Of a DNA stretch of 64,000 bases, positions 1-13,350 are shown piece by piece (positions within the stretch are counted from its first letter, which is position 1; each line of letters starts with the position of its first letter). Under the pieces are notes generated by a model. It was not told the DNA's origin and made no database searches. It was given only the letters and a program-made list of their open reading frames with translations. Source of the stretch: Leptogorgia sarmentosa (lineage: Eukaryota); NCBI GenBank assembly GCA_964658305.1, contig OZ210885.1, positions 6,200,001-6,264,000 on the forward strand. The letters run 5' to 3'. The translations under genes and the position numbers were made by a program.

Positions 1-354
1 TGCATCATTTCTTCTATTTGCACCGTTCAATCAAAAGGTGTAATGCATATACACAAAGGTGCTATAAACGAAACAAGAACCCTGTCTTGCCAAAATTGAG
101 CAAGGACCACTATAAAAAAACAGCAAACCGAGTTGGTTGAAACAACCAACCAAATTTTGTTGATTCTTTCAACCTTTTTCAAAATGCTCAAAGGTATAAA
201 ATTGTAGATATAGTCCCAGTATAATTATTAAAAAGAAAGTTCAAGTCTAAAATACCTAAGACTGCAGAGTTGGGCACTTTTCGACGAGATCTCGGCTGCG
301 GAAAATCTTGAAAATCCGGGTGCGGGTGCGCAAATAGGCCGCTGAGCGCACCAT

Positions 355-1200
355 TTTCCCAGTACAAACACAGTCTTGTCGTCATGTACAGTCATATAAT
401 TCAAATCAAGAGCACGAAGGTCTGATGACCTTCCTGCTGAAGCAAGAACTAAAAGCATGCTTAGTTGATGGGTCAACTGTTTATCTGAAAGAGTGTTGTT
501 TGCTCCAAGACTGCAGATATGATTTAAAACCATATCAACATCCCACATGACAACATATCTTGGTTGGGGTGGTTTAACATTAGAACAGGCATTCATCACT
601 TTAGAAACTAATTCATGTTGGCCAACCTTGCATGCATCAATTGGTTTATGAAAAGCAGAAATGGCCGACCTGTGGTTGTTAATTGTGCGGTAGCATCTCC
701 CTTTGTTGAGTAGCTCTGTAAGGTAATCAGCTACAGCGGCCACAGTGGAGCAAAATGGATCAATTTTCCGTTGGATACACCAGCTACTCCACTGTGACCA
801 GGCGCTTTTGTAAGCACAATTGGTACCTTTGCGCCAGGCATGGGAGTTGAGTAACTCTGCAGTTTGTTCCGAAACTCCTGTTGCAAAGATACTTTCCCTG
901 AAACCATCCAAGCCGCTAATGTGAGGCTCCCTTGTTGCACTAGTGGGTGTAGGTGATGTGAGGGAGACAATATTAGATCCTCCAGGGGAGGAAGCAAAAT
1001 TGGATGTCTGCATGACATCTCTAGAAGCATGGGATACCATACCTGTGTGGGCCATGTTGTAATGATCATGACCAATGTAGCTTGGTCCTTCCTGATTTTG
1101 GCCAGGTAATGGCAAGTTAGTGAGAAGGGTGGGAAGCTGTACCCCTTCAGATCTCCCCACGAAATCTGAAAGGCATCGGTTCATTCGGTTGCCACATTCC
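355..1200 (-). mobile_element. Truncated DIRS-type retrotransposon fragment: end of the RT/RH-methyltransferase-like ORF overlapping the tyrosine recombinase ORF
   Basis: ORF 228..1202 has AWRKGT..AYKSAWSQWSSWC, YRTINNHRSAISAFH, PPQPRY..WDVD.VL and LASAGRSSDL (N-half of a tyrosine recombinase). An overlapping frame reads DAFQISW..GYSFPPF..WPTQVWYP..LAAWMVSG, the typical DIRS overlapping-ORF layout. The C-terminal catalytic H-x-x-R/Y part is missing. Confidence 0.85.
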
Positions 1201-1602
1201 AAGATCTGGGCTTATACGGATCGAAAGCTTTACGATAATGTAAGCCTAATTACGTGTTGTAAACTACAAACATTATATTCTGCGTTCTGAACTACTGTCC
1301 CACTGAGCGCTATATAAAAACTATTAGAGTTTCACCTATACTGCATGCTCAGATGGCTCATAGGCTATGTATATATACAATACGGTTGAAGTGAAAAACA
1401 GTCCTAATAGACCCAAACCTCAATAGTGAATAATAACAATTTTTTCAATCTTCACAGAATACTGGTATACAAACTAGATCAACCAAAGGGGAAACAGACC
1501 CAGTATTCAGGCCAACTTTTTGCTTGCTTATGTTGCTACCATAAATTTGATCTCTTCGCCAAATAATAAGTAAATTTTATACCCGTTTTTAATGCGCTAT
1601 AT

Positions 1603-1860
1603 AGGAAACAGCCCTTGAACTTGATATGGCAGCTGCAAAAAATTGGAGTGACAGCTACCAATTGCCAAAGATCGAATCTTTCGCTAAGGGTACAGGATGC
1701 AATCAGAAGGAAATATATGCCAGGGAAGATCAGAAATGAGTTTCTGAGATCCATCTGTTACAGCATCGGGCATTACACAATGCACCCGAAAAAAATGGAG
1801 AGGTTGGCAGTGGCGCGAAATATTATTGAAAAATATCCGTTTCTGGAAAATGGTGGGATT
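1603..1860 (+). pseudogene. Isolated exon resembling SAMD3-like/transposon-associated proteins
   Basis: Reads IRNEFLRSICYSIGHYTMHPKKMERLAVARNIIEKYPFL, with an AG acceptor before it and a GTAAGT donor at 1861. Family resemblance only. Confidence 0.35.
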
Positions 1861-2173
1861 GTAAGTATACCATAGATTAATATTTATTATTATACATTTA
1901 AAATTTATTCTCGTTCCTGATTGGTCAGAAATCACCGGCGAATTCTTAGTATTCAGTATTTATTACGTATTTTCCGCCGATGACGTCAACAGCGTCCATT
2001 AATTATTTTTTTGGATCGAACTTGCATCCAAAACAAATATTACTGGACTCACTCGTGCCCAAGCCCTAGCGCTGTCGAAAGCTTGAAGATAAAAGCGCGC
2101 GAAAAAACAAACAATGGCCTGCAGCAGATTTGCTTCGCTGAATGAAAGTGAACTCTCTTTTAAATGTATAATA

Positions 2174-2296
2174 AAACAATTATTGGATTCGGCTTTCGCA
2201 TGATATCAAGAATTATTCAGATCTCGGATAACAATAACATTGACCTCAGTCTGAATAATTCTTGATATCATGCTCAGCCTCATCCAATAATTGTTT
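2174..2296. repeat. Imperfect palindrome (~48-bp arms), probable terminus of a non-autonomous repeat
   Basis: AAACAATTATTGGAT..GCATGATATCAAGAATTATTCAGA is followed by its reverse complement TCTGAATAATTCTTGATATCATGC..ATCCAATAATTGTTT. Confidence 0.85.
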
Positions 2297-3359
2297 AATA
2301 CTTAAGTCCAGTGGCATAGGATCTAAATAACGGGAAGTTAAACAACTTGTGCACCATTTCTTGTTAGTATGTAATATGAAATGAACAGCAACATCTATCG
2401 AGACTTAAAATGTCTGTAACTCTTTTGTTAAAAAATGGATCGATTTCGGAAATACTTGTTCGTCATCTGAAATTCCAAATTTGACAACTGACAACCAATT
2501 GGAGAGAGAGGCATATTCATATTAATCATATAGTGACCGACCACAAAAACAATTGATTTCAAAAGAAATTAGACGAAATATATAAATATGCCTCCCAACC
2601 CCCAATTATCATATTGCTACGCCACAGATTAACAGCAAAATCAGGACGCTATAGCCTTTGCCATCACAGTAGTTTTCATTAATTGTTGAAATAAACGTCA
2701 GTTATTATATTATAAAAGAGAAGTCATTTCCATTGAATTACCAGCACGTAAGACATGCCTAATGAATGCATTCTTATAGGAATCAATCGAGCAAGCAAAC
2801 GAATCCAGATTTAAGTATCTGAGGAAAACAAATCAACTTAAAAAAAGGTTCGTCATAAGCATGCAGGGTTCAAGGAAAGGTTACACTTTTGTTAATACAC
2901 CATTTTCCACTCTTTTTATAGTATGTAAATAGTTTTGTGCAACACAAAGCATAATTAATATACATCAAATTCCTCACTCGCTCAGTCCAAATCATAGCAA
3001 CAAAGCAATCAAATAAGCAAGATTGAATTTATTTGATATCTGTGACGTAGAAATATCATGATAATCTACACTGTACATGCGAACTGTTATCTGAAAATAT
3101 TGGCGTGTTGTTAGTAACATATGATATACCTGTTATATATATTATATGCATGTTATATTGGCTTCTTGTTGATCCTTATTACGGGACCGGTCATAATTAA
3201 AGGCAATCTTTATTCCAAATGGAGTGATTTTTCATCCGATAATGGAGTAATCTTTATTCCTTTACTCCTTTTAGGAGTAAAAATTACTCCGTAATTAAAC
3301 CGTTAATTTAACTAATTTAATAATTATGCCTCTACGGGCATCTCTAAATTATTTACAAA

Positions 3360-3855
3360 AATTGGAAGACAGTATAAATATTACTTACAAAAACCTCTAT
3401 AACAATATATATCTATTAGTCTATATATATAAAAACATTGTCAAATATTTAAAAACCTAAATTCTATTAAAAATCTCATCTGATAAGTCTCAATACCCAT
3501 GAGCGCCGTCTCTACCTAGATTGGTCAATTTATGATACTCTAGTTTTGCCTTAAAATCGTTCACTGAAGTTGCTTCTTTTACTTCACTTGGCAACATATT
3601 CCAATACTTAACTACGCTTAAATAGGTCCACACTACTACCGGGCTTATAACTTAAAGTATGTAAAAGATTTCTTCCTGATCTCGAATGACAGAAAAAACT
3701 CCATAATTTACTATTCCTTTTATAATTTTAAAAGTTTCAATCAAATCGCCACGAGCACGGTGTTCTAGTAATGTAGTAAGACCAAGCCTTAATAACCTTT
3801 CTTTGTACGTCAAGTGTTCCAAATCCTCAATTCGCTTCGTGAATCTCCTTTGAAT
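3360..3855 (-). mobile_element. CR1-group LINE 3' fragment
   Basis: The minus strand translates QRRFTKRIEDLEHLTYKERLLRLGLTTLLEHRARGDLIETFKIIKG, the conserved CR1 ORF2 C-terminus. Confidence 0.8.
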
Positions 3856-3857
3856 CT

Positions 3858-3957
3858 CCTTTGAGTAATTTTTATTCCTTTGAGGAGTAATTTTTACTCC
3901 TTTGAGGAGTAATTTTTACACCTTTGAAGAGTAATTTTTACTCCTTCGAGGAGTAAC
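3858..3957. repeat. ~22-bp minisatellite (GAGGAGTAATTTTTACTCCTTT-like), with related units at 3220-3292
   Basis: 4-5 tandem, internally palindromic units. Similar units occur on the other side of the CR1 fragment. Confidence 0.75.
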
Positions 3958-4375
3958 AATTATTTTTAGCACTTGAAGTTGAAGAAGCCAATCTTTGTTG
4001 GGTATGTAATACAGAAGTCGGCAGCGCACATCAATGTGTGTCACACAAACATTTTGTTCACATATTCTGTGGTGAACCACTGGAGAGTCAAGATGAAGGA
4101 TATGGTCAGAAGTTAAACTTTGCTCGCTGTCTCAAACAAAAAGGTAGATTTGAGGTTTGAATGATGCTTATAAATCCAAAGCTGAATTGGTCAAGGCTTC
4201 ATGCTATGCTGCAATGGGCGCACGCCGTGGCACCGGGCAGTGCGCGCACGCCGCACAGTGGGCCACAGCTGACAAGTGACAGATTTTTACATATCTGCCA
4301 GATTGTCATCAACCTAGTAACCTACCACTTTACAATTTGTAGACACCCCGGAGAAACTGGTACCTAAAGAAAAGC

Positions 4376-4902
4376 ATGATCCTTGGTCTGCATTTAAGAG
4401 GGTATCAGTTTGTAGTGGCAAGAATCCTGTTGCAAAGAAACCGAAAAAAGATGAGCCTACCAAGAGCAGTAGTAAAGGAATACCTGATCCACATATATGC
4501 CTGGTATGTGGTAGTCAAATATCAAGGGGGGCAAGATTACAACAAGAAACGTCATTGGCAGCAAAAACATCCTGAACAACCACCAGAACGTTATGCAGAG
4601 CAGATTGTTCCAAGAAAACATGAACTTGCCAGAAAACTTGTTGCAGAACGTATGACCAAGGAGACTAGTGCCCTACAATCATCAGCAATCACCCCAAATG
4701 TCACTGATGTAGGCAGTAAAAACGATGTTGCAGATGGTAGTATCCAAAAATCCCTACAGAGTTTTGTGGTAGCTGAGGAGAAATCAGAGGTGTCACCAGT
4801 GGAGCAAGTGCAGGGTGACATTAATTGCATTTTAGTGATGCTAGAATCTCAATCTTCGACTCTCTCAGAGAAGGACAAGAAACATGGTGAAGGATCAATT
4901 AA
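4376..4902 (+). pseudogene. Decayed BED-type zinc-finger ORF (possible hAT transposase N-terminus), interrupted by the Sola3 insertion
   Basis: HICLVC..(frameshift in a G-run)..YNKKRHWQQKH. The frame resumes after the Sola3 TTAA at 14186 (GEGSIN|YLMAIFNQLQR). Confidence 0.45.
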
Positions 4903-5983
4903 GAGGCATTGTACGTAATTGTCAAACAAGGCTGGCCAACCTTCAAATTTCGATTTCGCTGATATTTTCCGTATTGGTAGAGTATTATGTCCTAAGAATC
5001 ATCGCGTAGTTTGTTTGTTTAAATATTTTGTTTTTAGGTAGAAAACGGTATTCTTTCATTGACCGTCAGAAATGCTAATTTTAACGGTAAAATTTGGGTG
5101 AACTTTCGAGACGTCCCATAAAAAATCTGTTTATTTTACGGACACCAAACCACGTAATCCTAGTAATACTATCCGTTTTTTCTCTTTGGGGTTGCCTTTC
5201 AAGCGATTGGTTAGATTTAACCGATCAAAGTTATTATGTTCCCGAGGCAGGTAATTTGACTCCATAAAAATATATGTCACGGATATTCATGCTGTGATTG
5301 TGCGTAACCTTTAAATCTCTTGAAACTTTAGTAAATACAAGTCTAGATGATATACTTTTCAATTATATAAAGATTTTCCTGGGCAATTGATCGTGCATAG
5401 GATCGTACGGCGGCCGTACTGACAATGTAAACAACGAACATGTAGTAGAAATGCTCGATAGACTTTGGGTATATCACATATTAAACACGAACTGGAACTA
5501 AATAAAACTTACACAGCATAAGAATACTTACATATACGCATTGAAAAGTTGCTTTAAATATGTGGTAAAGTTTGAAGAAAACGTCTGATTTTTGTGTTCA
5601 CATAAAATATGTCGAATTGTTTTGACATTACCGTAACACAGAGGACCCACGACACATGTGCAGCGCATTTCATTTCCCCCTTTTCAATTGCAAAGCCAAT
5701 TTAATGCACGAATGCGGAATGCCTTTGTAGAGGAGACAGTGTAACCAACAAAATGTAGTCAATATAATAATGTAGTAAATATCGCAGTGTTTCTTCGATC
5801 AAGGCAGTAATATGATTGCTAATGGACACTGGACAGGCTTCGAATCAGAGTTCAAGAGTTTTAGTCACGTTCGTCGACTGGATAAATGGTGGTCCTTGCA
5901 AGTGATAACAAAGTTCCATGTGTTCCAACAGTTGACGAACGACAAAAAGTATTGCAGCTTTGTTTCGTTTGGAGTTACATTGT

Positions 5984-7093
5984 TCAATAAGCTGGACCTG
6001 ACTGGCACGAGCACAATTTTACCAAGTTTGACAAAATATCTATATATGGCTTCTTTCTTTTCTGCTTAATACTGGATGTATCAAGGTCAAACTGCGCACA
6101 AATTTGTTTCAGAATCGTTACTGAGAATTTCGTGAGCTTATCTCCTGATGCCAACCCACAGATGTTGTATGCGTCATATAAAATTGGATGCTTGATTGAT
6201 ATTTCGTTTAAAATATCCAACCGCATCTGATGAAATTCTCTTTCTTCCACTGCTGACAACTGGTCGTCCTCATCACTATCATCATCACTGGTATTTATGT
6301 ATGGGACAGATTTCTTCGATGCAAGACGAGAAAAAAAGCTTGAAATCTGCTTTGATGTTAAATATTCATCATTCTGAAACCGAGGTGTCCCATCAGCATG
6401 CTGCGCTTTTCTCAAAGATTTTGCCACTTCATCTGCATCTGCCTTTCGTCCTGTTAGGCAGCTCTTTTGGTTCTTCGACAGGCGGCGGCGACTGGCAGAA
6501 ATCTTTAAGGCCCTAATTGGCAACGGCATCGTCAGAACGGATGACGATGGCAAATCACTCTCGTCGATCTCAGTGTCGATAGCAGATTGCCCACTTTCTA
6601 ATTTTTGTGCATATTGACCGACTGCAACTCAGTATCGGCTATAATGGACAAGATTTGTCGACGACTACTCCAGTGGTTACAGTTTTCGTACCATTCCACT
6701 AATGCTTGTAGAAGTGAAGAATGCATTCTGCCACTCTCATGTCCTTTAGACTTTATGGCACTCAGTAGCATCTCAGAATTGGTAGGTGCCAGTTCTTCAA
6801 GGGTGGCTAAAGCAACAAGTTTTCCTTTACTGATATATCTTCGTTTTGTGCGCTCCAATGCTATATCCCACGAAGAGGTCATTGATGTACGAATTGGGCT
6901 GACATCTCTTGCAACAAGAAAGCGATTTAAATTTTCTCTTGGAGTACTTGTACGGTGCCCTGCTTCACCCACTATTTCGTCAAGTTGAGAAGCATGAGAT
7001 AACGCTAACGGGGTAAATAATTGGGAATTCACTTCAGATTGCTCTGGTGTCAATGGTGGAAGAATCTTGAAAGTTATCTCTTTCGAATCATCC
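5984..7093 (-). pseudogene. Sola3-type transposase remnants (N-region joined to C-terminus, catalytic core deleted)
   Basis: ORF 6598..7053 (YENCNHWSSRRQILSIIAD) is directly followed by ORF 5984..6553 (TGRKADADEVAKSLR..YLTSKQISSFFSRL). No DDD core lies between them. Confidence 0.65.
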
Positions 7094-7296
7094 TAAAATT
7101 GCATAATTTAATTCGAAACAATTTATTTAAGTCAAAAGAAAGAATGGCATGACTGCTTGTGAACAAACATTGTAATGTGTTACGTTTATTCAGCTTGAAA
7201 TATATGGTTTATGTTTCATACACAACTTGTAAGTCTCTTACATTACATGTCACGCGTGTTTGAGCGCACGCTCTGGTGACATCACCTCTAACGTCG

Positions 7297-7556
7297 GGGG
7301 GCTTTGGTGGCGCAATCGTCAGAGCAAGCGCCTTTCACCTCTGAGATCGTGGGTTCGATCCTCACATCAGACCAATGACACTTACGTGAAAAGAGTTAGT
7401 CAACGCTCTACCGAAAGTCGTGGGTTTTCTCCAGGTACTCCGGTTTCCTCCCACAGGGAATGTTGACAGGGTGGGTTGGGATTAGCCCCCTAACTGACCC
7501 TTCCACCGTAGCTGTGCTCCTTGAATCAGACATGAGTCATAAGGTGGCTGCCAGAG
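7297..7556 (+). mobile_element. tRNA-derived SINE with a conserved central (Deu/Nin-like) domain
   Basis: A-box TGGCGCAATCG, B-box GGTTCGATCC, followed by GGGTTTTCTCCAGGTACTCCGGTTTCCTCCCA. Confidence 0.8.
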
Positions 7557-9910
7557 ACTTGATGTAAGATGCCTGAACTGCCAATCTCGTGCAAATGTCG
7601 AAAATTCTGTGGCGGGAAAATGGGGCCCATTATCCGTTACCACTGTATCCGGGATACTGTGTCGTGCAAACTGGACTTTGCAGGCTAATATTACTTTATC
7701 AGCGGTGGTTCTCGTGAGTTCTTGGACCTCGAAGCCGCTCCAGTGGTCCACAAGGAGAACAAAGTGCTGTTTTCCCAGCTCGAAAAGATCCATACTGACC
7801 GTTTCCCAAGGGCGGAATGGTATTGGGTATGGTTTTAATTCTTCACGACATTGGGCAGGCTGATGTGCCTGACAGATGGGGCATTTTGCAACTAGGTCTT
7901 TAACTTCCGCGTTCATGAGTGGCCAATATAGTACCTCGCAGGCTCTCTGAAGACATCCTTCGATGCCAATATGGGAACGGTGAATCTGCGTCAGCATGTC
8001 TTTTCGCATTGATGTGGGGACGACTAGGCGCTCTCCAGCGAAAACTAGTCCATTATCTACAATTAGTTCAGTTCTTTTGTCGTAGAACGGCGCCAATTCC
8101 TTGCTGCACTGTCTCTTAGATGGAGGCCAGCTGTTTCTCACCACACCGATGATATTCTGCATGGTTTTGTCAGTCGTAGTTACGCGTCGGAACTGCTTGA
8201 GTCTGTCTGGGGAAATAGACAGGTTTTCTGCATGGTTTATTTCTTCCAGGGCACATACTTGGGTCGTGTCATGACGCCAAGATTCAGTTGTGTTTCGATA
8301 CGCCCGACTCAGCGTATCCGATATCCACCACATGAGTTTTCCTTTCTTGTACTGCACGTTGAGATTGTAATGTTGAAGGGCCAACACCTTTATCCTCGAG
8401 CTTTCTCAGCGGTTCGGTCATGTCCGATAAAAATGGTAAAAATTTTGCCAAATAGTTTACCATTCCGAGGAATCTTTTAAGGCCTTTTATATCGTTCGAC
8501 CTTGGCCGGGTCAGCTTTAAGGCCATCTGCTGTGATGAGATGTCCCATGAAACGGATTTCTGTCTGCGATCTCTTCATCTTCGATTTGCTTAACTTAAGG
8601 TTTCCCTCGCGACATTTCTGGAAGAATGCATGTTCATTTGCTTCCAAACTTCGATCGACCTCCTCTTCTGTTTCGCCGTACCCCGCAATCAGAAAGTCGT
8701 CCGCTATGACTTCAACTCCATTGAGATCTTGAGCAAACTCGTGCATGCGCCTTTGCCAAACTTCGGGTGCACTCGATATACCGAAGGGTAGGCGAGTCCA
8801 ACGGTACTGACCAAAGGGGGAGTTGAAAGTTGTCAAGTAACTTGAGGGCATGTCAAGTTTGATTTGGTGAAACCCGTCTTTAGCATCACAAAGGGTAAAT
8901 TTCTTGGCGCCCGTTAATCTTGAAGTGACTTCATGGACAGTAGGCAGTTAATAATGCTCTCGTCATATCACACGATTTAGGTCTCGTGGGTCGATGCATA
9001 TGCGAATTTTTTTCGGCTTGACAACTGCTAACATGCTGGACACCCAGCGGGTGGGTCTGTGACAGGGACGATGGCTCCTAGCTCGACTAATTCATCCAGT
9101 TTGGCTTTGATTTTAGATCGCAATGCGACAGGTACCCGTCGAGGGGCGTCGATTACTGGCTTCGCCGTGTCTTCTATAGTTATTGTGTGAGCTCCTGGTA
9201 TTTCGCCCAGGCAATCAAAGACGTCAGCGTACTCTTCTGTTACAGACGAGTTGTCTTCTGGAAGCTTTATTGTGAGTGCCAGAATATCACATTTGCTCAA
9301 ATTGACTACGCCAAGTGCGATGCTGGTATCTAGTGATAATACTGGTTGATAATCGCCGTTAATAATGCTAAAGTTTAAAGCTCTTCGCTGATCTCCGAAC
9401 CACACCGGCAATTTGGCTTTCCCGGCTATTTTACGACGTTCCCCTGTATATGAGACGATTTCCTTCCTGCACCTCTGTAGGCGTTGCAGTTGATTATCCT
9501 TAGTAACTTGGATGTAGTGACTTACCGGAAGAATGTCACATTGCGAACCAGTGTCAATTTGAAATTGAACCGTGTTCTCCGCCGCTGGTTTCGAGATTTG
9601 CAGATTGATCACCGCTTTGCGTGCTTTAGGCTCGTTGCCGCCCAAAATAGAACTGATGCAATACTGATCTTCTGGTGTTTGCTCGATCTCTGTAGTTTGG
9701 TTGACTTGTCCCGCTTTGTTCTTCTTTCATCTACATTTTCGCGCGAAATGGTTCATCTTTTCACAGTGAAAACACTTTTTTCCGAAAGCTGGACAATTCC
9801 GTTCGTCGTGAGTATTACTACAATTTCCACACTCCGTACTCGATTCTCCCTGCTGGCGGTTTCGATTTGGATATCTTGTCCTCCGAGATTGTTTACTATC
9901 TGACGAAGAT

Positions 9911-11525
9911 TAATTGAAGAAGAAGTCTTTGCCTCTCTGAATGGCGTCAAGCTTGGAAAATCCAGTGGCCCAGACCGTTTGCCCAACTGGGTTTTAAAGA
10001 AGTTTGCTATAATCCTGGCAAAGCCTATTTCAATAATTATAAACGCTTCATTTAAGGAAAATCGTGTGCCTACCTGCTGGAAATTGGCTGATATCTGCCC
10101 AATTCCGAAAAGTAAGCAGGTAGTGGACATTAATAAAGACCTAAGACCTATATCCCTCACCTCAACACTTAGTAAGATTGCTGAAGATGGTATAATAAAA
10201 TATGATCTAAAACCCGCAATAATGAACCGCCTAGACTGTAACCAATTTGGTTTTATACCAGGTTCTAATACCACTCTGGCTCTAATTACCCTAATCCATC
10301 GTTGGTCAATGACAGTAGACAGAGAGGGAGGATGTGTGCGGGCATTGTTTACAGATTATCGGAAGGCTTTTGATCTCATAGATCACAACATTCTATATGC
10401 AAAACTTCAGGGAATAGGATTAAAAACATCAACCTTAAATTGGATCGCAGATTTTTTAAAGGGTAGATTACAAAGGGTCAAACTCTCCTCAAACTGTTTC
10501 TCAAATTGGAAGCCTGTTAGAGCCGGTGTCCCCCAAGGAACGAAGCTTGGTCCATGCCTCTTTTTGCTCATGATAAACGACCTTGTAATTCCTGATAACC
10601 ATTTTGGTGGAAATATGATGAAATATGCAGATGATACTAACGTTTCGGAATACATTACTGATCAGTCAGAAAGCAGTTCTCTCCAAGAGGTAACTAATTC
10701 CATTGTCGATTGGTCGGAAAGAAACAAATTTCAGCTCAATCCATCTAAATGTAAAGAATTTGTTGTGTCTTTCAAACGGAAAGACCCCAATTTCCCTCCC
10801 ATCAGTATTGACGAATCAGAAATTGAACGAGCTGACAAATTATCGATTCTTGGTCTTACAATCACAAACGACCTAAAATGGAACGATCACGTGGAAAAAA
10901 TAGTTAAAAAAGCGTCCCAGCGAATCTACCTGTTGAAACAGCTTAAAAAGTTTGGACTCAATGCTAGTGATCTCAAGTGCTTCTACGTCGCTTCAATAAG
11001 GTCAATATTAGAATACTCATGCCAGGTATTCCATTATGGCTTGCCACAATACCTATCTGACATTATCGAAAGGATTCAAAAGAGGGCATTGCACATCATT
11101 TATCCTCAGCTATCATACCAGGATGCTCAAGTGATGTTAGAATTAAAGACATTATCTGAAAGGAGAGATGATTTGTGTAAGAAACTTTTTAAATCAATCT
11201 TGGACAAGGAAAACCATAAACTTCATCACTTACTACCTCCCAAGATGAGATCTAATAGATATAACTTTAGGAATGAAAAACTTTTTAATATTCCGAAATA
11301 TCGCACCAATAGATTTAGAGATACTTTTATAATATCAAGCTTATTAAATTTGTAATTTGTAAATAATAGACAATAGTCAAAGATTAATAATTATATAAAA
11401 TTTTTAGCTTAGCAACCCTGTAACAATTCCTATTAATATTTTATGTACAAATCATGTAATTCAGCCTTTTGGCTGCTAGATGATTTTAATAAACGGATTA
11501 TCTATTTATCTATCTATCTATCTAT
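9911..11525 (+). mobile_element. 5'-truncated L2/CR1-group LINE with an open RT ORF (9979-11355) and (CTAT)n tail
   Basis: 458-aa ORF with LRPISLTS, NQFGF, DYRKAFD, GVPQGT.LGP and KYADD. The 3' end has AATAAA followed by (CTAT)n. Confidence 0.95.
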
Positions 11526-12589
11526 CTGAGCGTGTTTACCAGATCCTCACCAGTGCTCATGAGCTTAACTTGTTGCTGTGTTTGCTCCGCAGCTTTGATA
11601 GTGTTGACTGCTCTCTGCAGTGTGAGATCGTTTAGTCTCAATAAACTTTCTCGGACGTGGTCATCGCGAATGCCTAGAACCAGCCGATCTCGTAAAATTT
11701 CGTCTGGTGTGATTGAATGGTGAGTACAATTTCTGGCAATTGTTCTCAGTGCCGTTAAATAGATTACGATGGATTCTCCTGGTGCCTGGTTTCTATTGTT
11801 GAACCGGTATCGTTCATAGATTATTTGCATTATAGGTGAACAATATTCATCAAACTTTCTAAGTACAATATCAACATCATTTTGATTCTCCTCTTCGCCC
11901 CAAGTAAAAGTATCATATGCCTTAACGCCGTCCTCTCCGATTACGCTTAATAAGGTTGATACTCTGACAATACCTTCTTGTTTTTGTACACCAGTTGCGA
12001 TCTCATATCGTGTCCATGATTTCTTCCAAGACTCCCATGTCGTTGCCAAGTTATTGTCGAATATAAGCGGCTTTGGCGGTGGCAAATTCGATGACGCTAT
12101 AAATATTTGTGGCGTCTGGGCCGCTGGTAGCGCTTGGGCTTCTGCTTGTGGCTCGACCATCGTTTAATGTCGATTTAGACTTAACACTCCTGACACCATG
12201 TAACGTGCTACGTTTATTCAGCTTGAAATATATGGTTTATGTTTCATACACAACTTGTAAGTCTCTTACATTACATGTCACGCGTGTTCAAGCGCACGCT
12301 CTGGTGATGTCACCTCTAACATCGTGACAAACATGGCTGTAGCTACAGAGTTTGGGAGTGTATAATTATTCATATAATCGTGTTCTGCCCGACGAATTTC
12401 TTTCGAACTCACCTGTTTTTTAGGTTCATTTCAAGAAAATCAGTAAGGCAGAACACGAATGTATGAATGTACATCCCCCACACAATATTAATGCTCTAGC
12501 CTGTGTATGAACCACTGAACCCAACTGAAAAAATCATCCACTTATTTAATAAACGAATTATAGATGTATACTCTGTGTATCTTACCAGT

Positions 12590-13350
12590 GTTGTTTTAGT
12601 TAGTTGTTCCTCAAACTTGTAGACTTCTAAAAATTCTTTCAACCTGTCAGAGCATTTTCTGCATACTCCTTTGGAAACAAAATAATTATATTGTTTTGGT
12701 TGCACGAGCACATGGTACGAGTCTAGCGATGAAATAGATGAATAAAATGTTTTCTATTTCTTTTATTAAAGAGCCTTTTAAAAGCAATAACAAAGATAAA
12801 TTTTGTTTGTATTTTGCTTTTTAAAAAACAAAACGTATCATTTCATTATCATAACTAATGATTATTGCTACAAATATCAATCAACTTTAGCGCACATTCT
12901 AAATTTAGCACACTGGTACACATTCAAGTTACCCGATCCAGCTTGCACAAAGACACCGGTTTCACATAACACAATCTCCAACTCGAATTTCCCTAGCCCT
13001 CTTTCGCCTTTTGGCCAACTTTTCCTTGTTTCACCGTGATGGGACAAAACAGCTGGAATTCTACACCTTGTACTCCCACCTCTCGACCATCCAAACCCCA
13101 AGTTTTGCACGGTGTAGGGGGAAAATGGTCAGATAATCAACATTATCTGGCTTTGTAAAAATATTTGCAAGGCACAAAATCAAGTCCAGTTCATTTTCTG
13201 GACCAGAAAACAAATATGATGTCAAGTGTTTAGAAATGTCTTTTACACATGACATCAGTGGAATAACTTGAACATCTTGCTCTCGATCTCGAGAATCCGG
13301 GCCACACGCTCCGCCAACAATAGACTTAAACGAACAACAGACCTCCATGT
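12590..13350 (-). pseudogene. 5' exons of the Sola3-type transposase (Cys-rich N-terminus), frameshifted
   Basis: CSFKSIVGGACG..LMSCVKDISKHL..ELDLIL..PLHRAKLG / GWSRGGSTRCRIP, then VCRKC. Lies just inside the right TIR. Confidence 0.55.

Larger units (their letters stand above)
7171..12329 (-). mobile_element. Gypsy/Ty3 (Mag-like) LTR retrotransposon, decayed
   Basis: LTRs at 12199-12329 (TG..CA, 131 bp) and 7171-~7296, with 5-bp TSD AACAT (7166-7170, 12330-12334). PBS TGGTGTCAGGAGTG on the minus strand at 12185-12198 is complementary to the tRNA-Leu 3' end. Domains: gag 11526-12160, CCHC knuckle ~9740-9835, protease FQIDTGS, RT (LPFGISSAPE, IADD), integrase (HIGIEGC, SMDLF, TDNG). Confidence 0.95.

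Noticed and set aside
7297..7370. Possible tRNA gene
   Set aside because: It has A and B boxes but no convincing acceptor stem, and it continues into a SINE body.
9896..9903. CTATCTGA as an 8-bp TSD of the LINE
   Set aside because: Using it would put two stops and a frameshift into gag, whereas the junction at 9910/11526 restores the frame.
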